A stretch of DNA of 64,000 nt from Minisyncoccota bacterium (GTDB lineage: Bacteria; Patescibacteriota; Minisyncoccia; UBA6257; 2-01-FULL-56-20): contig DATJLR010000003.1 of assembly GCA_035509435.1 (NCBI GenBank), positions 11,853 through 75,852 on the forward strand, read 5' to 3'. Shown one piece after another: positions 9,015 to 18,752 of the stretch (within the stretch, counting starts at the first letter, position 1; each line of letters opens with the position of its first letter). Under the pieces are notes generated by a model. That model did no database searches. It saw nothing but the letters and a program-made list of their open reading frames with translations, and was not told where the DNA came from. The translations under genes and the position numbers were made by a program.

Positions 9015-9096
9015 AGGGGTATTATAGCACTACCAGATGCTATTTTCTCGTGGAAAGCCGCGGCCTCATCCAAAGGTTTTTATTAAGATGCTGAGC

Positions 9097-9618
9097 TTAG
9101 ATGGGTCCGTAAGATATACCCGCAAACTGCTTATCAATATTACCCTGCGAACGTCTCCCCGGCATTACATCTGGCTTAAAGATTGCTTTCATCCAATATT
9201 TTTTGCCCCAAATATCTTGATAGGTTATATAAAGTTCTCCATTATTAAAAAGAGGGTTATTCCCTTCTGAGAAAGGGATCGTCGCCGAGCTTTCTAAAAA
9301 TTGAAAGCTGTCTGAGTATTTTTTAGGCAATATATCAAAGCTAAGATTCAAAATTCTGCCTATTGGTTTGATTTCCACTCTAATATTCTTAGCTAGCCCA
9401 TTTCCAGCATTTTCAAGACCAAAGTTTAATACTTGGGGATTTGAAACATCAGTGATAATAGGAACTAATATAGGGATCTGGCCTTCTCTATTTTGTCTTA
9501 GCGCCTTGAATGCATAATAGGCCGATAGACCGGCGACAATGACGGATAAAAGTGGCAGTAAGATTCCAATCCAGTTTAGAAATATAGGGCTCTGATGAAT
9601 TAAAAGATGATGGTGCAT
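9097..9618 (-). CDS. hypothetical membrane-anchored protein (AT-rich islet)
   Basis: TM helix, then ENAGNGLAKNI...ITYQDIWG. Confidence 0.7.
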   Translation of the reverse strand: MHHHLLIHQSPIFLNWIGILLPLLSVIVAGLSAYYAFKALRQNREGQIPILVPIITDVSNPQVLNFGLENAGNGLAKNIRVEIKPIGRILNLSFDILPKKYSDSFQFLESSATIPFSEGNNPLFNNGELYITYQDIWGKKYWMKAIFKPDVMPGRRSQGNIDKQFAGISYGPI

Positions 9619-9634
9619 TGATGCGTTACTTTTA

Positions 9635-10093
9635 CTAATTACTCCACTCCGAACAAGATTGAGCCGCCTGTTGTGCTATAACCCTGTATTGAGGAGAAGC
9701 AGCACCATTAACATTGATGTAGGCGTTAGCGTCTATAAGCCATACCACGCCATAATTTTCTATGAGGTAATCGAAATCACAATTACATTTGCCCCATGTT
9801 CCCCCAGAAGATGTACAACCATTAACAAAAGAATTTCGTTGACTCTCGGCGGCAGGTGAAAAAGTCATAGGCGTGTAATTGTGGGGATAATCATAAGATG
9901 GTTGAACGGTTGCGTTTTGAACCTGGGGCTGAATTTGAACTGCCGATGACGTCTGGGTGAGTTGTTGAATTGAGTTGTTCGCGGAAGTATTTGTTAATTG
10001 CTCTTGATTGTTTAAATTTTGCCCCAATAAATAGGCTCCTATGGTTAGGGCTACAACCAAGACACCTACAACAAACCATTTCCCTCCACTCAT
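9635..10093 (-). CDS. hypothetical membrane-anchored protein with Cys-containing C-terminal domain (AT-rich islet)
   Basis: N-terminal TM, Q/N/T-rich linker, FVNGC...CNCDFDYL...C. Confidence 0.7.
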   Translation of the reverse strand: MSGGKWFVVGVLVVALTIGAYLLGQNLNNQEQLTNTSANNSIQQLTQTSSAVQIQPQVQNATVQPSYDYPHNYTPMTFSPAAESQRNSFVNGCTSSGGTWGKCNCDFDYLIENYGVVWLIDANAYINVNGAASPQYRVIAQQAAQSCSEWSN

Positions 10094-10314
10094 ATTTTTG
10101 TACTAAAATTATCAAACAAAAGTATCGTTTTAGCAATAGACGACCGACTCACGCTAGAACGAACTAGAAACAATCATGACTATTCCAAACGCAAACACCC
10201 GCCAAATGGCGGATGTTTGCGTTTGCCAAGCAGGGGCATTCTTATCGTAACTGCTGCATATCCACAGTCAAATAAGATTTAATGATTTTTTAATCTTCTT
10301 TTTGAGGGGCAATA

Positions 10315-12795
10315 TTATTTCCCACGCCGCTTCCCTTTCATCTTTGCCTCTTCCTTTGCGATCGCGATCGTCGTCGCGACGACGGTGTCGGGGTTCAGCG
10401 AGATGCTCTCAATGCCGCGCGTCACGAGGAACTGCGCGAAGTCCGGATAGTCGGACGGCGCCTGGCCGCAGATGCCGATATATTTTTTGCGCGCGCGGCA
10501 TTTTGCGATGACATCCGCGATCAGGATCTTTACCGCCTCGTTGTTCTCGTTCGCGATCTTTGTGACGATGCCCGAGTCGCGGTCCAGGCCGAGCGTGAGC
10601 TGAGTGAGGTCGTTCGAGCCGATCGAAAAGCCGTCAAAGATGTCCAGGAACTTGTCTGCGAGCAGCACGTTTGACGGAATCTCGCACATCACGTAGATCG
10701 GCGTCACGGTCTTGAATTTCTTTGCTGCCACAGCCACCCGGCCGCCGCGCTTTGCCATGTAATTCGTAACGAGCCCAGCTTCTGCCATCGTCTCCTGCAC
10801 CTTCACGCCTTCGTCCACCGTGCGGCAGAATGGCACCATCGGGATCACGTTCGTGAGGCCCATCTCCTCGCGCACCATTTTGATCGCGGCCGCCTCCAGC
10901 ATGAACGCCGGCTTGAACTTGGGGTCGTAATAGCGCGACGCGCCACGCCAACCGATCATCGGGTTCTCCTCACGAGGCTCATACGCCTCGCCGCCAAGCA
11001 AGGTGCGATACTCGTTCGTCTTGAAGTCGCTGAAGCGCACGATCACGTGGTTCGGCCAGAACGCCGCGCCGATCTTCGCGATGCCGAACGCCAGGTTGTC
11101 TATATAATACTGCTTCGGGTCCTTCCAGCCGCGCATCTTCTCCTCGATCGCCGCGCGCACTGCGGGCTTCTGGTCCTTAAGGTTGAGCAGCGCCATCGGG
11201 TGCAATCCCATCTTTGACGCGATGATGAACTCCTCACGCGCGAGTCCCACGCCCTGGTTCGGCAGGAACGACACCTCGAACGCGCTGTCCGAGACCGCCA
11301 CGTTCACCATCACTTTCGTCTTCGGCTTCGGCACTTTTTTGAGGTCGTGCTCCACCACTTTGAACTTCATGGCACCGTGCGAGATGTTCCCGCCGCTGCC
11401 CGTCGTGTCCACCGTGATGACGTCGCCCGTCTTGATGAGCTTCGTCGCGCGCTCCGTTCCCACGACCGCGGGAATGCCAAGCTCGCGGCTCACGATCGCC
11501 GCGTGCGACGTGCGGCCGCCCTTATCCGTGACGATCGCCGCTGCCATCTTCATGATCGGCTCCCAATCGGGATCGGTCATCGTCGTCACGAGGATCTCTC
11601 CACGCTTGAAGTCGTTGATGTGCTTGGCCTCGAGGATGACGTGCGCCTTGCCCGTCGCGATCTTGGAACCGACGGACGCGCCCGTGAGGAACGGCGTCTT
11701 CTTTTCCTGCGGAATGTATTCCTTGAGCTTGGAAAAGTCGCGGCCGGCCTGGATGGTCTCGGGGCGCGCCTGTACGATGTAGATCTCGCCCGTCTCGCCA
11801 TCCTTGGCCCACTCCATATCCATCGGCGTCCACTTCTTGTAGTGGTCGGTGTAATGCTTCTCTATGATAGTCCCCCACGTGGCGAGCTGTGCCACCTCTT
11901 TATCGGTCAGCACGAACCCGTCGCGCTCGGCTGGAGATGTCGCCACGATCTTTGTCTGCTGGATGCTCGCCACGCCGCTTCCGGTGCGCGGGTGGTAAAT
12001 CATCTTGCGCAGCTTCACGCCCAGCTTCTTTTCGATGATCGGCTTCTTTGTTTTCGCCTTTAAGCCGTTCTTCCACACGATGAACTCGTCCGGCGTCACC
12101 TCTCCCTTCACGATCATCTCGCCGAGACCCCACGAGCCGTTGATGATCACGATGTCCTTGAAGCCGGATTCGGTGTCCACCGAGAACATGACGCCCGAGC
12201 ACGCCTTGTCGGAACGCACCATCTTCTGCACGCCGGCGGAGAGCGCGATCTTCAGGTGATCGAAGCCGCGGTCCGCGCGGTACGAGATCGCGCGGTCGGT
12301 AAAGAGCGATGCCATGGTCGCGCGGACCGCGACGGCAACCTCGTGCGCGCCGCGAATGCCAAGGTAGCTCTCCTGCTCGCCGGCAAAGCTCGCACCCGGC
12401 AGATCCTCCGCGGTCGCGGACGACCGCACCGCCACGTCCGCATTCCTGCCGTAGCGCTTCTCTATATAATTGCGGTAGGCCGCCACGATGTCATCGTTCA
12501 GGTCCTTCGGGAACTCGGTCGCAACGATCTTTTCGCGGATCAGTTTGCCGCGGCGCTCAAGCTCCTTTAAATTCTTGGTGTTGAGGCCTTTTAATGTTTC
12601 TTTAATGAACCTGTCGAGGCCGGTGCTTTGTAAGAAATAATAGTAGGCGTCAGCCGTGACGGTGAATCCTGACGGCACGGGCACACCTTTCGCGCCGAGC
12701 GTGCGGATCATCTCGCCGAGCGACGCATTCTTTCCTCCCACCATCCCGACGTCTTTGATCCCGACCTGCTCGAACTTCAATATATATTTTTTCAT
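10315..12795 (-). CDS. ppsA: phosphoenolpyruvate synthase
   Basis: VGGKNASLGEM, VRSSATAEDL, GGRTSHAAI and GICGQAPSD motifs. Confidence 0.97.
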   Translation of the reverse strand: MKKYILKFEQVGIKDVGMVGGKNASLGEMIRTLGAKGVPVPSGFTVTADAYYYFLQSTGLDRFIKETLKGLNTKNLKELERRGKLIREKIVATEFPKDLNDDIVAAYRNYIEKRYGRNADVAVRSSATAEDLPGASFAGEQESYLGIRGAHEVAVAVRATMASLFTDRAISYRADRGFDHLKIALSAGVQKMVRSDKACSGVMFSVDTESGFKDIVIINGSWGLGEMIVKGEVTPDEFIVWKNGLKAKTKKPIIEKKLGVKLRKMIYHPRTGSGVASIQQTKIVATSPAERDGFVLTDKEVAQLATWGTIIEKHYTDHYKKWTPMDMEWAKDGETGEIYIVQARPETIQAGRDFSKLKEYIPQEKKTPFLTGASVGSKIATGKAHVILEAKHINDFKRGEILVTTMTDPDWEPIMKMAAAIVTDKGGRTSHAAIVSRELGIPAVVGTERATKLIKTGDVITVDTTGSGGNISHGAMKFKVVEHDLKKVPKPKTKVMVNVAVSDSAFEVSFLPNQGVGLAREEFIIASKMGLHPMALLNLKDQKPAVRAAIEEKMRGWKDPKQYYIDNLAFGIAKIGAAFWPNHVIVRFSDFKTNEYRTLLGGEAYEPREENPMIGWRGASRYYDPKFKPAFMLEAAAIKMVREEMGLTNVIPMVPFCRTVDEGVKVQETMAEAGLVTNYMAKRGGRVAVAAKKFKTVTPIYVMCEIPSNVLLADKFLDIFDGFSIGSNDLTQLTLGLDRDSGIVTKIANENNEAVKILIADVIAKCRARKKYIGICGQAPSDYPDFAQFLVTRGIESISLNPDTVVATTIAIAKEEAKMKGKRRGK

Positions 12796-12814
12796 TATTT
12801 TTTAATTTTAAAAT

Positions 12815-14110
12815 TCACATTTTTAATCCTATCATGAGATCCGACACGTTCGACCCGGTGTCGCCGGTCATCACATAGTTTCCTATCTTTTCAAACAGCG
12901 CATACGTGTTGTCGGCAACGCGGAACGTCTCCGGATCTATGCCCGCTGCGAGTGCGGCATTTTTTGTCATTATATCGCAAATGGCGCCGGCGAACGGCCC
13001 ATGATCGCGGCCATCCGAGGCAAATGACAGGATCTCCTCGTTATCCTCTATAAATCGGAGCGCAGAAGCGCACAGCTGCAGATTTCTCCCTCCCCGGGCA
13101 GCGGTGCTATGGACCTTTACGGTCGTCTCCCCCGCCCAAAGAAGCACCGAACGCGGGCGGGCGGCATGGACCGCATCCGCGATCATCTTGCCCACATCGT
13201 CGGCCTCTCCGGTAAGCTCGCTCGTACGGATCTCTGCCTTGAAGCCAAGCCCCGCCGCCGAGACCGCCATCGCGTCAAGAGCATGCCGGCTCGAGACCAC
13301 AAGGACGTTCGAAACACGTTCGAAGTAGATATCTTCCTTCGGCGTCTCCATCAGGCCGCACTGCTCGATATTGCACGTCTCAAGCACGCGATACTTCTCA
13401 AGGACGCGCGCGGCGTCATCCATCGTGGTAGTGTCCTTCACGGTCGGCCCGGAAGCGATCGACGAAAGATCGTCGCCCACCACATCCGAAAAAATAAGCG
13501 ACACCACGCGCGCGGGATATGCGGCCTTCGCCAGGTTGCCGCCGCGCGCGTGGGAAAGGTGCTTTCGGATCACATTGATCTCCTGAATGGTCGCGCCGGC
13601 GCCAATGAGCGTTTCCATGATGGGGATCTCCTCGTTGCTTGCGGGATCCTCGGGAAGGAACAGCAGCGTGGATCCCCCGCCGGAAACGACGAATATGACG
13701 AGGTCGGCCTTGGTAAGGCCGGCGAGCACGGCGACGATCGCCTGGGCGGCCTGCTTATTGTCGTCCGATGGGAGCGGATGCGTCCCGCAGAATGTCCGCA
13801 AGTGCGGAAGTTCGGGGCAGACCTTTACGTCAACCACGACGCCGTCCGCAATCCGGGCGCCAAGAACGCGCTCCGCAAATGCGCCGGCCTCCGCGGCGCA
13901 TTTTCCGATCGCAATAAAGATCACCTTCCCCACAGCGCGAAGATCTATTGCCTCTCCTCCGACAAGAAGCGTATCCCCTTCAAGAGACAACTTATTGCTG
14001 AGCACCCCTTCCGTGTCGATCGTTTCATACCCCGCTTCGGCGATCGCAAGGAGCGTGCGGCGCGCATCCGTCACTGCAAGTTCGTCGAAGTTCTTGATCT
14101 TCATCGTCAT
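12815..14110 (-). CDS. glycerate 2-kinase (MOFRL/DUF4147 family)
   Basis: AIGKCA, THPLP, SGGGS, SDVVGDD.S.IASGPT, GGRN and TGSNVSD motifs. Confidence 0.92.
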   Translation of the reverse strand: MTMKIKNFDELAVTDARRTLLAIAEAGYETIDTEGVLSNKLSLEGDTLLVGGEAIDLRAVGKVIFIAIGKCAAEAGAFAERVLGARIADGVVVDVKVCPELPHLRTFCGTHPLPSDDNKQAAQAIVAVLAGLTKADLVIFVVSGGGSTLLFLPEDPASNEEIPIMETLIGAGATIQEINVIRKHLSHARGGNLAKAAYPARVVSLIFSDVVGDDLSSIASGPTVKDTTTMDDAARVLEKYRVLETCNIEQCGLMETPKEDIYFERVSNVLVVSSRHALDAMAVSAAGLGFKAEIRTSELTGEADDVGKMIADAVHAARPRSVLLWAGETTVKVHSTAARGGRNLQLCASALRFIEDNEEILSFASDGRDHGPFAGAICDIMTKNAALAAGIDPETFRVADNTYALFEKIGNYVMTGDTGSNVSDLMIGLKM

Positions 14111-14129
14111 GGTATTTGTTATAAGTGTA

Positions 14130-15224
14130 TCATGCCATTTCCACGCCCTTTCCCACCGCGGCGGCGATCGTCGCGTAGCCGTCGCGCGCCAATAATTTCA
14201 CGAGTCCGCGGTTGATGCGCCTGACCGCCGTTGGTCCGCCGTAGACGAGGCCGGTCACCATCTGAACGAGCGATGCGCCCGCCCTGATCTTCTCGTACGC
14301 GTCCTCCGCGGTGAACACGCCGCCAAGCCCGATCAAGATGTATTTGCCCTCCGTCACGCGGTAGATATGGCGGATCATATCGGTGGACAGCCGCCGCATC
14401 GGCGCGCCGGATATGCCGCCTGCCGGTATGACATCCAGTGCCTCCGGCGATGAGCGCAATCGCAGCATGCTGCGATCCTTCGCCAGGTTCGCCACCACGA
14501 AGCCGTCGATAAAATGATATTTGCCCGCGACCGCGAGGATCGCGTCCACCTCGTCGCGCAGAAGATGGGCGGAGATCTTGAGGAACACCGGGCGCGGCTT
14601 CTCTTCTTTTGCGAGCGCGTGGAGCAGCGCGTTGAGCATCACAGGGTCCTGGAACGTGCATCCGTCCTGCGCGTTCGGGCACGAGATGTTGATCGTCACG
14701 TACGCAAATCGCCGCACGAGCATCCGGTAGGTCGCCACATAATCCGCGATGGACGCCTCCCCTTTTATGTCCGCGCGGTTCGTCTTTGCGATGTTCAATC
14801 CGACCGGAAAATGGAATGTGAGCGTCTTCAGCTTTTGCGCCGCCACCTCCGCGCCGTTGTTCTTCAGCCCGTAATAGACGATGAGCGCCTTGTCGTCGGG
14901 CAGCCGCGCGAGGCGCAGGCCGTCGTTGCCCGCGTACGGAAAGCGCGTGATCGCGCCCACCTCCATAAAGCCGAATCCCACCGCGGGCATGATCTTTGTC
15001 AGGCGCATGTCCTTGTCGAATCCGGCGCCGAGCCCGATCGGGTTTTTGAAGCGGATCCCCGCCACGGTGGTCTCGAGCGACGGATGCCGGTAATCGCACG
15101 CGAGCGCCACGATCCGCCGCGTGAAGAAATTGCTCCCCAAACATTCGCCGAACGGCGTAAAAAAGTCGTGCACGCGCTCGGGGTCAAAGTGAAAGAGGAT
15201 CGGCTTTAGGATCTTTTCATACAT
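14130..15224 (-). CDS. pyrD: dihydroorotate dehydrogenase, class 2 (quinone-type)
   Basis: DPERVH, NPIGLGAGFDK, NISCPN, GGISG and GASLVQ motifs. Confidence 0.93.
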   Translation of the reverse strand: MYEKILKPILFHFDPERVHDFFTPFGECLGSNFFTRRIVALACDYRHPSLETTVAGIRFKNPIGLGAGFDKDMRLTKIMPAVGFGFMEVGAITRFPYAGNDGLRLARLPDDKALIVYYGLKNNGAEVAAQKLKTLTFHFPVGLNIAKTNRADIKGEASIADYVATYRMLVRRFAYVTINISCPNAQDGCTFQDPVMLNALLHALAKEEKPRPVFLKISAHLLRDEVDAILAVAGKYHFIDGFVVANLAKDRSMLRLRSSPEALDVIPAGGISGAPMRRLSTDMIRHIYRVTEGKYILIGLGGVFTAEDAYEKIRAGASLVQMVTGLVYGGPTAVRRINRGLVKLLARDGYATIAAAVGKGVEMA

Positions 15225-15229
15225 CGGGA

Positions 15230-17530
15230 TCAGTGCGTTACCGCCGCCGGATCCACCGCCGACCCTTCCGCGACGGCGTCATCGATCTCGCACACGCCGC
15301 TCGCGCACGCGAGCTCCTTTTTGACGTCGGTGGAATCCTCCTTCTCGTAAAGCAAGATCTGCGAGAAATCGATCGGCGGGAGCGCGGCCACCATCTCCTC
15401 ATACCGCTCCTTCGTGATCTCCTCGTAGGGCGCGAGCATATATGCATGGTTCTCGCGCGGCAGGAACGAAAGGCCGCCCAGCATGTCCCAGTGCTCGTAG
15501 AGCCAGTTCGCCACCGCGATCCATTCGTTGTCGCCGATCGACACCGTCACCGATGGGTTGTGCTCCGTAAAGATCACCTTTACCTTGCGCCAATACTCAA
15601 GCTGGTCGATCGCCGAGAGATCATCCTTGAGCACCGCGCCTTCCGGCGCCTTCACGGGAAACTCGAACACGTACGTGGACGCCGACGAAACCGACTGCCC
15701 CACTTCCGGAAAGTACGGCACCTTCTGGTCCTTCATCATATGGAAGAGCGCGTCCGTCGCCGAGATGCGCACGCGGCGAATATAATATTGCGCGTGCCGT
15801 GCGTGGAGGCCCGACGCCGCATCCACCGTCTGCGACACGGTGCCCGACGGCTTCACGCAGGTCACCGATGTGGACGGCGCGACGCCGAACCGCTTTGCAT
15901 ATTCTTTGTTCACTTCGAGCGCGCGCTCGCGGAGCGCCGAGAGCACCGCTTCGTTGCGCACCGCGGGACAATCCCACTGCCCCGTGATCGAAACACCGAG
16001 CAGCCGCTCCTTCTCGCAATTGCGCTTCCATTCTTTTGAAAGATACGGGAAGTTCGTCAGCATTGACTGGTACGTGCCGAGGATCGCCGCAATGCGGATC
16101 TTTTTCATCAGCGTCTCTTCGGTGTCATCCGCGCGAGCGACCACTTCCGAAAGATTGCAGAACTGTTTCGGCTGGAGCAGGATCTCCCCGCACGGATTGG
16201 TGCCCACCTTCATTATCTTCTGGCCAAGCACGCGCTTGCGCCGCGTGGGGATCTGGTAGACCAGGCTGCCGCGATTGAATATCCCCCGCTCGCCGGTGTG
16301 GCTTTTGGCGAGCGCGAGCCATTCGTCCATGAACTGTTCCGCATCGGGCTTGCGCGCATAGACGGCCGAGTTGTTCGCCATCGAACGCTGCGGGTCGGCA
16401 AAATAGAACTGGCCGGTCTTTGCGGCGCGCATCTCCGTATCGTCCAGGTCGGAGAGCGAGATCATCGCGCTGCGGCGCACGCCGCCCGCCACCACCACCT
16501 CCCCGATCTTGCAGCAGATGTCATGCACATCGATGTTCGCCAACCGCCGCCCCTGCTTGTTCAGGATCTTCGCGCGGGCGAACGCAAGGAGCGAGCGCAG
16601 CGGCTCGGGGCCGGAGCTCTTGCCGCCCATTGTCGCCAGGCGCGCGCCGGCCGGGCGCAGCTGCGAGAGGTCGAACTCTATGTCCTTGCCGTCGTACCAC
16701 GTGCGAAGGCCGAGGGTGAGCGCGTCCGCCCATCCCTCCTTGCTGTCGCCCACCACATGCGTCTTCAGTTTCTTTCCCGTCTGGCGCTTGATCTGCGGCA
16801 GCTTCTGCACGTTCTGGCTCTCAACGGAAAATCCCACGCCCGTGCCGCACATGGACACATACATGATCTCCGCAAAATCCTCCAGTTTCTGCGGCGCGAT
16901 GAACGAGCAGTTGTACGCGCAAACGTTCGTGGCGCGTGCCGCCTTCCCCGCAAACTGCAGAAGCCGCATGGACGGCATCGCCTCCTGATGCAGGATCGCG
17001 TCCTGGACCTCCGCATACTCCGCCTCCGTCAATTTGTCGCCAAGATTCTCCTTCATGAACGAAACGTACCGCTCCACCGTCTCGATCCACGTCTCGCGCC
17101 GCCCTTCCTCCGGGATCCAATTGGCATAAGTGCGATAATAGACGAATTCCGCAAGCTGATTCCGGAAATAATGCTTGCTCGCCGCCGCCAGCTTGCGGAC
17201 GTAGTCGGGGATCTCCTTTTTGTTCTCGCGCAGCTGGGCGCGTTCGTTGCGGTATAAAATATATGCCTTCGCCGTCTTTTGGAAATCCATCAAAATGAGC
17301 TGGGTCTCCACCACGTCCTGGATCTCTTCGATCGTCGGCACATGCCCAGCCGGATATTTCTTCATGAGAGACACCACTACCTGCTCCGACACCTTTTGCG
17401 CGCTCTCGCCCGACCCCTCCTTTGTTGCCGCCATCGCCCGCGCGATCGCGCTCGTGATCCGGTCCTGGTCCCACGGCACGATCCGCCCATCCCGCTTCCG
17501 CACTTCCGCAAAGCTGTTATTTTTTGTCAT
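15230..17530 (-). CDS. nrdJ: adenosylcobalamin-dependent (class II) ribonucleotide reductase with N-terminal ATP-cone
   Basis: VRKRDG ATP-cone, AYNC, GTNPCGE, VKPSGT and C-terminal CASGVC; start set at MTKNN (17530). Confidence 0.93.
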   Translation of the reverse strand: MTKNNSFAEVRKRDGRIVPWDQDRITSAIARAMAATKEGSGESAQKVSEQVVVSLMKKYPAGHVPTIEEIQDVVETQLILMDFQKTAKAYILYRNERAQLRENKKEIPDYVRKLAAASKHYFRNQLAEFVYYRTYANWIPEEGRRETWIETVERYVSFMKENLGDKLTEAEYAEVQDAILHQEAMPSMRLLQFAGKAARATNVCAYNCSFIAPQKLEDFAEIMYVSMCGTGVGFSVESQNVQKLPQIKRQTGKKLKTHVVGDSKEGWADALTLGLRTWYDGKDIEFDLSQLRPAGARLATMGGKSSGPEPLRSLLAFARAKILNKQGRRLANIDVHDICCKIGEVVVAGGVRRSAMISLSDLDDTEMRAAKTGQFYFADPQRSMANNSAVYARKPDAEQFMDEWLALAKSHTGERGIFNRGSLVYQIPTRRKRVLGQKIMKVGTNPCGEILLQPKQFCNLSEVVARADDTEETLMKKIRIAAILGTYQSMLTNFPYLSKEWKRNCEKERLLGVSITGQWDCPAVRNEAVLSALRERALEVNKEYAKRFGVAPSTSVTCVKPSGTVSQTVDAASGLHARHAQYYIRRVRISATDALFHMMKDQKVPYFPEVGQSVSSASTYVFEFPVKAPEGAVLKDDLSAIDQLEYWRKVKVIFTEHNPSVTVSIGDNEWIAVANWLYEHWDMLGGLSFLPRENHAYMLAPYEEITKERYEEMVAALPPIDFSQILLYEKEDSTDVKKELACASGVCEIDDAVAEGSAVDPAAVTH

Positions 17531-17663
17531 AATACTTCCATTCTTCTGCCGAAGGGCGGAACCGCATAGCACACCGCCCTGTGCATAACCGCACGGGCGT
17601 TGTCAGAAGACGCAGGCATATCGGAAAATCCTTTATTTTTACTTAATGAACGAGGGTAAAAAT

Positions 17664-17682
17664 ATGACAACATTTTTGTCAT
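17664..17682. promoter_or_regulatory. palindromic operator candidate between the divergent nrdJ and TrmB-family genes
   Basis: ATGACAA-N5-TTGTCAT just upstream of an extended -10 (TGCTATACT). Confidence 0.45.
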
Positions 17683-17723
17683 CTATTTCGCAAAATGTGC
17701 TATACTCGGAATGAACAAACGCC

Positions 17724-18476
17724 ATGCATATAAAAGCGGTCATCGAACAGCTCGGATACAGCCCACAGGAGGCGGCGGTCTATCTTGCCGCGCTCGAGCT
17801 CGGCGGCAGCACCGCCACGGACATCGCCGCAAAGGCGAGGCTCCCGCGCACCACCGTCAACCTGCTCATCAGATCGCTCAACAAGAAGGGATTGATGAAC
17901 GCGTACATCCACCGCAAGCGCAAGATCTGGGCGGCGGAGAACCCCGAGCGCATGATGATCACCATCAAAGAGCGCGAGGCCGCGCTCAAGCTCGTGCTCC
18001 CCGAGCTGCAATCGCTCCGCCACGACACTGGCGTGAAGCCGACCGTGCGCACCTACGGCGGCGCCGACGAGATCAAGCAGATCATGAACGACATTCTGGA
18101 ATCCAAGCATCACATCTCCGCGATCCTTTCGTGGGACGAATGGATCAACCTGCTCGGCCGCGCATATATGGAGGATTTCATAGAGACGCGCTACCGGCAG
18201 TATCTGCGCATCCGCCTGCTCACGCCAAAATCTAAGACCGCGATGGCGCTCAAAGCGCGCGACGGCGAAGAGCTGCGCGTCACGCAATTTCTCCCTTCTT
18301 CCATCGCCATCAACAATTGCAATTTCATCTACGCCAACAAGGTGGCGATCATCTCGCTCAACAAAAAACGCCCGGTGGGCATTTTAATAGAAGATGAGGA
18401 CATCCATCACACCATGGAAGTCATGTTCGAGTCGCTCTGGAGCCAGAGCGGGCCGGGCGGCAGCGCTGCCAAGTAA
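17724..18476 (+). CDS. TrmB family transcriptional regulator
   Basis: LGYSPQEAAVYLAALELG...LPRTTV wHTH; C-terminal PLD-like effector domain (IYANKVAIIS). Confidence 0.88.
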   Translation: MHIKAVIEQLGYSPQEAAVYLAALELGGSTATDIAAKARLPRTTVNLLIRSLNKKGLMNAYIHRKRKIWAAENPERMMITIKEREAALKLVLPELQSLRHDTGVKPTVRTYGGADEIKQIMNDILESKHHISAILSWDEWINLLGRAYMEDFIETRYRQYLRIRLLTPKSKTAMALKARDGEELRVTQFLPSSIAINNCNFIYANKVAIISLNKKRPVGILIEDEDIHHTMEVMFESLWSQSGPGGSAAK

Positions 18477-18554
18477 CGGACAGAAATGCTCCGCAAAAGG
18501 CGGCACAGGAAACCACATCCTGTGCCGCCTTTTTATCCACAGGTCGCCTTGTGC

Positions 18555-18680
18555 CTATTCCTGCGCGTCGCCGTTGTCGTCCGTCGGCGAATCATCGGTG
18601 TTCTTTTCGATGTCCTCCGCGTCGATATCGCTCTCCAGGCTGTCATCCTTCGCCTCTATGTCTTCGTCGTCTTGTGCCAT
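18555..18680 (-). CDS. 41-aa highly acidic microprotein
   Basis: MAQDDEDIEAKDDSLESDIDAEDIEKNTDDSPTDDNGDAQE*; own -10 (TATTAT) and AAAAGGTCG leader. Confidence 0.6.
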   Translation of the reverse strand: MAQDDEDIEAKDDSLESDIDAEDIEKNTDDSPTDDNGDAQE

Positions 18681-18752
18681 ATCATTGGTTTATATTTCGG
18701 CGACCTTTTCGGACTGCTTACATAATACCCTATCTGGGATTAAATCTTTCAG

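Noticed and set aside
15230-17530. Intein or intron in nrdJ
   Set aside because: The ORF is continuous and of ordinary length, with no splicing motifs.
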